Shown piece after piece: positions 63,544 to 64,000 of a stretch of 64,000 nt of DNA. The position numbers and the translations under genes were made by a program. How positions within the stretch are numbered: position 1 is the stretch's first letter; each line of letters starts with the position of its first letter. The stretch comes from Octopus sinensis. Its lineage: Eukaryota. The DNA lies in assembly GCF_006345805.1 (NCBI RefSeq), contig NW_021824838.1:2721-66720 (forward strand), read 5' to 3'. The notes below the pieces were generated by a model. The model was not told where the DNA came from and did not search any database. It was given only the letters and a program-made list of their open reading frames with translations.

Positions 63544-63847
63544 TAATATCACAGAATTTTATATCTTGAACATAGACTTACCCAAGGTTTCGCATCCACA
63601 AAGCCAAACCTTGTGGACAGCCTGTCAGACTCTACATGAATATAAAATTTTAAAATATCTACGTCACAGACGTGAGGAAACGCTCAGAACTCGAGGAATA
63701 CGAAAAAAAGAACGTTAGTGAGTACAATAAAGTACAATATGATTCAATAAAGTACAGGGGTCATCTTTGTATTAAAATATAAATACCTTTCTCCTTGCAA
63801 ATTCGTTTGAAGGTATTCCATCAATAGAAAAATCCCAATGCTGTATA
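57555..63847 (-). CDS. LOX-2: 3' part (exons 10-15) of a second lipoxygenase paralog, convergent with LOX-1; 5' part lies beyond the window
   Basis: Minus-strand exons 63847-63787, 63041-62936, 62046-61955, 60918-60736, 58752-58589, 57669-57555. Same intron positions and phases as LOX-1, GT-AG junctions, no stops, ends IPNAISI-TAA. Confidence 0.93.
58589..58752 (-). CDS. LOX-2 exon 14
   Basis: attcttag|[54 protein letters not shown](E)|gtaagt; 164 nt. Confidence 0.94.
59380..59615 (+). mobile_element. Possible degenerate Penelope-like fragment (linker before GIY-YIG)
   Basis: KIIKEPPIIISRR and NGKELKVIANM..NV..VY in shifting frames; similarity judged from memory. Confidence 0.35.
60736..60918 (-). 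CDS. LOX-2 exon 13
   Basis: ttttaaag|[61 protein letters not shown]|gtaagt; 183 nt. Confidence 0.94.
61649..61758. repeat. 110-nt near-perfect hairpin in LOX-2 intron 12
   Basis: acaaatatgacagagaatccattatgtggacgctct..ctaaagatagatcc-TTGC-ggatctatctttag..agagcgtccacata..gattctctctcatatttgt. Confidence 0.85.
61955..62046 (-). CDS. LOX-2 exon 12
   Basis: aatttcag|NEQDVTDDHELQNWVECISKQAIHGGIGLK|gtaacc; 92 nt, 6 nt shorter than LOX-1 and in frame. Confidence 0.92.
62936..63041 (-). CDS. LOX-2 exon 11
   Basis: attgtag|VHETDVLPKYYYRDDCIKLYECIHRYASSYIDIYY(V)|gtaatt; 106 nt. Confidence 0.92.
63275..63474 (-). mobile_element. Penelope-tail-like repeat in LOX-2 intron 10
   Basis: Reverse complement of the 16025 family, flanked by (TA)n on both sides. 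Confidence 0.55.
63787..63847 (-). CDS. LOX-2 exon 10
   Basis: tatttcag|IQHWDFSIDGIPSNEFARRK|gtattt; 61 nt. Confidence 0.9.
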
Positions 63848-64000
63848 CTGAAATAAAAAAAAAAGAAAACAAACGTAACGGGAATACTAAAAATGAACCC
63901 AACCGCTCTCAAAAATTAATTAAAATAAAAAAAAAAACGGAAAAATAATCCAGAATCCTTGGCCGGTACCTGATCGATCCCAATGGTAGTCTAGAAATAG

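Noticed and set aside
57555-63847. LOX-2 as a false duplication (haplotig) of LOX-1
   Set aside because: Exons 10-12 and 15 and most intron sequence are far too diverged for alleles; only local tracts are near-identical.

Overview
AT-rich, microsatellite-dense and SINE-dense animal genomic DNA. The repeat families resemble those I recall from octopus/coleoid genomes; this is an inference and was not checked against a database. The window holds two intron-containing lipoxygenase genes (PLAT + LOX catalytic domain) arranged tail-to-tail about 11.4 kb apart. LOX-1 (+ strand) is complete: 15 coding exons, 17683-46127, 2022 nt = 673 aa + stop. All its junctions are GT-AG and phase-compatible, all iron ligands are present, it has Gly at the Coffa stereo-determinant (predicting an R-lipoxygenase) and it starts with an MGxxxS myristoylation-type motif. 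LOX-2 (- strand) contributes its last six exons (63847-57555) with identical intron positions and runs off the right edge. The paralogs are mosaic: exons 12 and 15 differ by about 30% and 17%, while exon 13 with its flanking intron and the 3' part of exon 14 differ by only about 3%. This points to gene conversion between inverted copies. The rest is repeats: at least four tRNA-type SINE families (one forms TSD-flanked head-to-tail concatemers with a recurrent junction), RTE, CR1-like, Dong/R4-like and Penelope-like fragments, two non-autonomous Helitrons, Tc1/mariner MITEs, long-arm foldback elements, hairpins and many microsatellites. Nearly all other ORFs in the supplied track are microsatellite or repeat artefacts. 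All coordinates and counts were read by eye.
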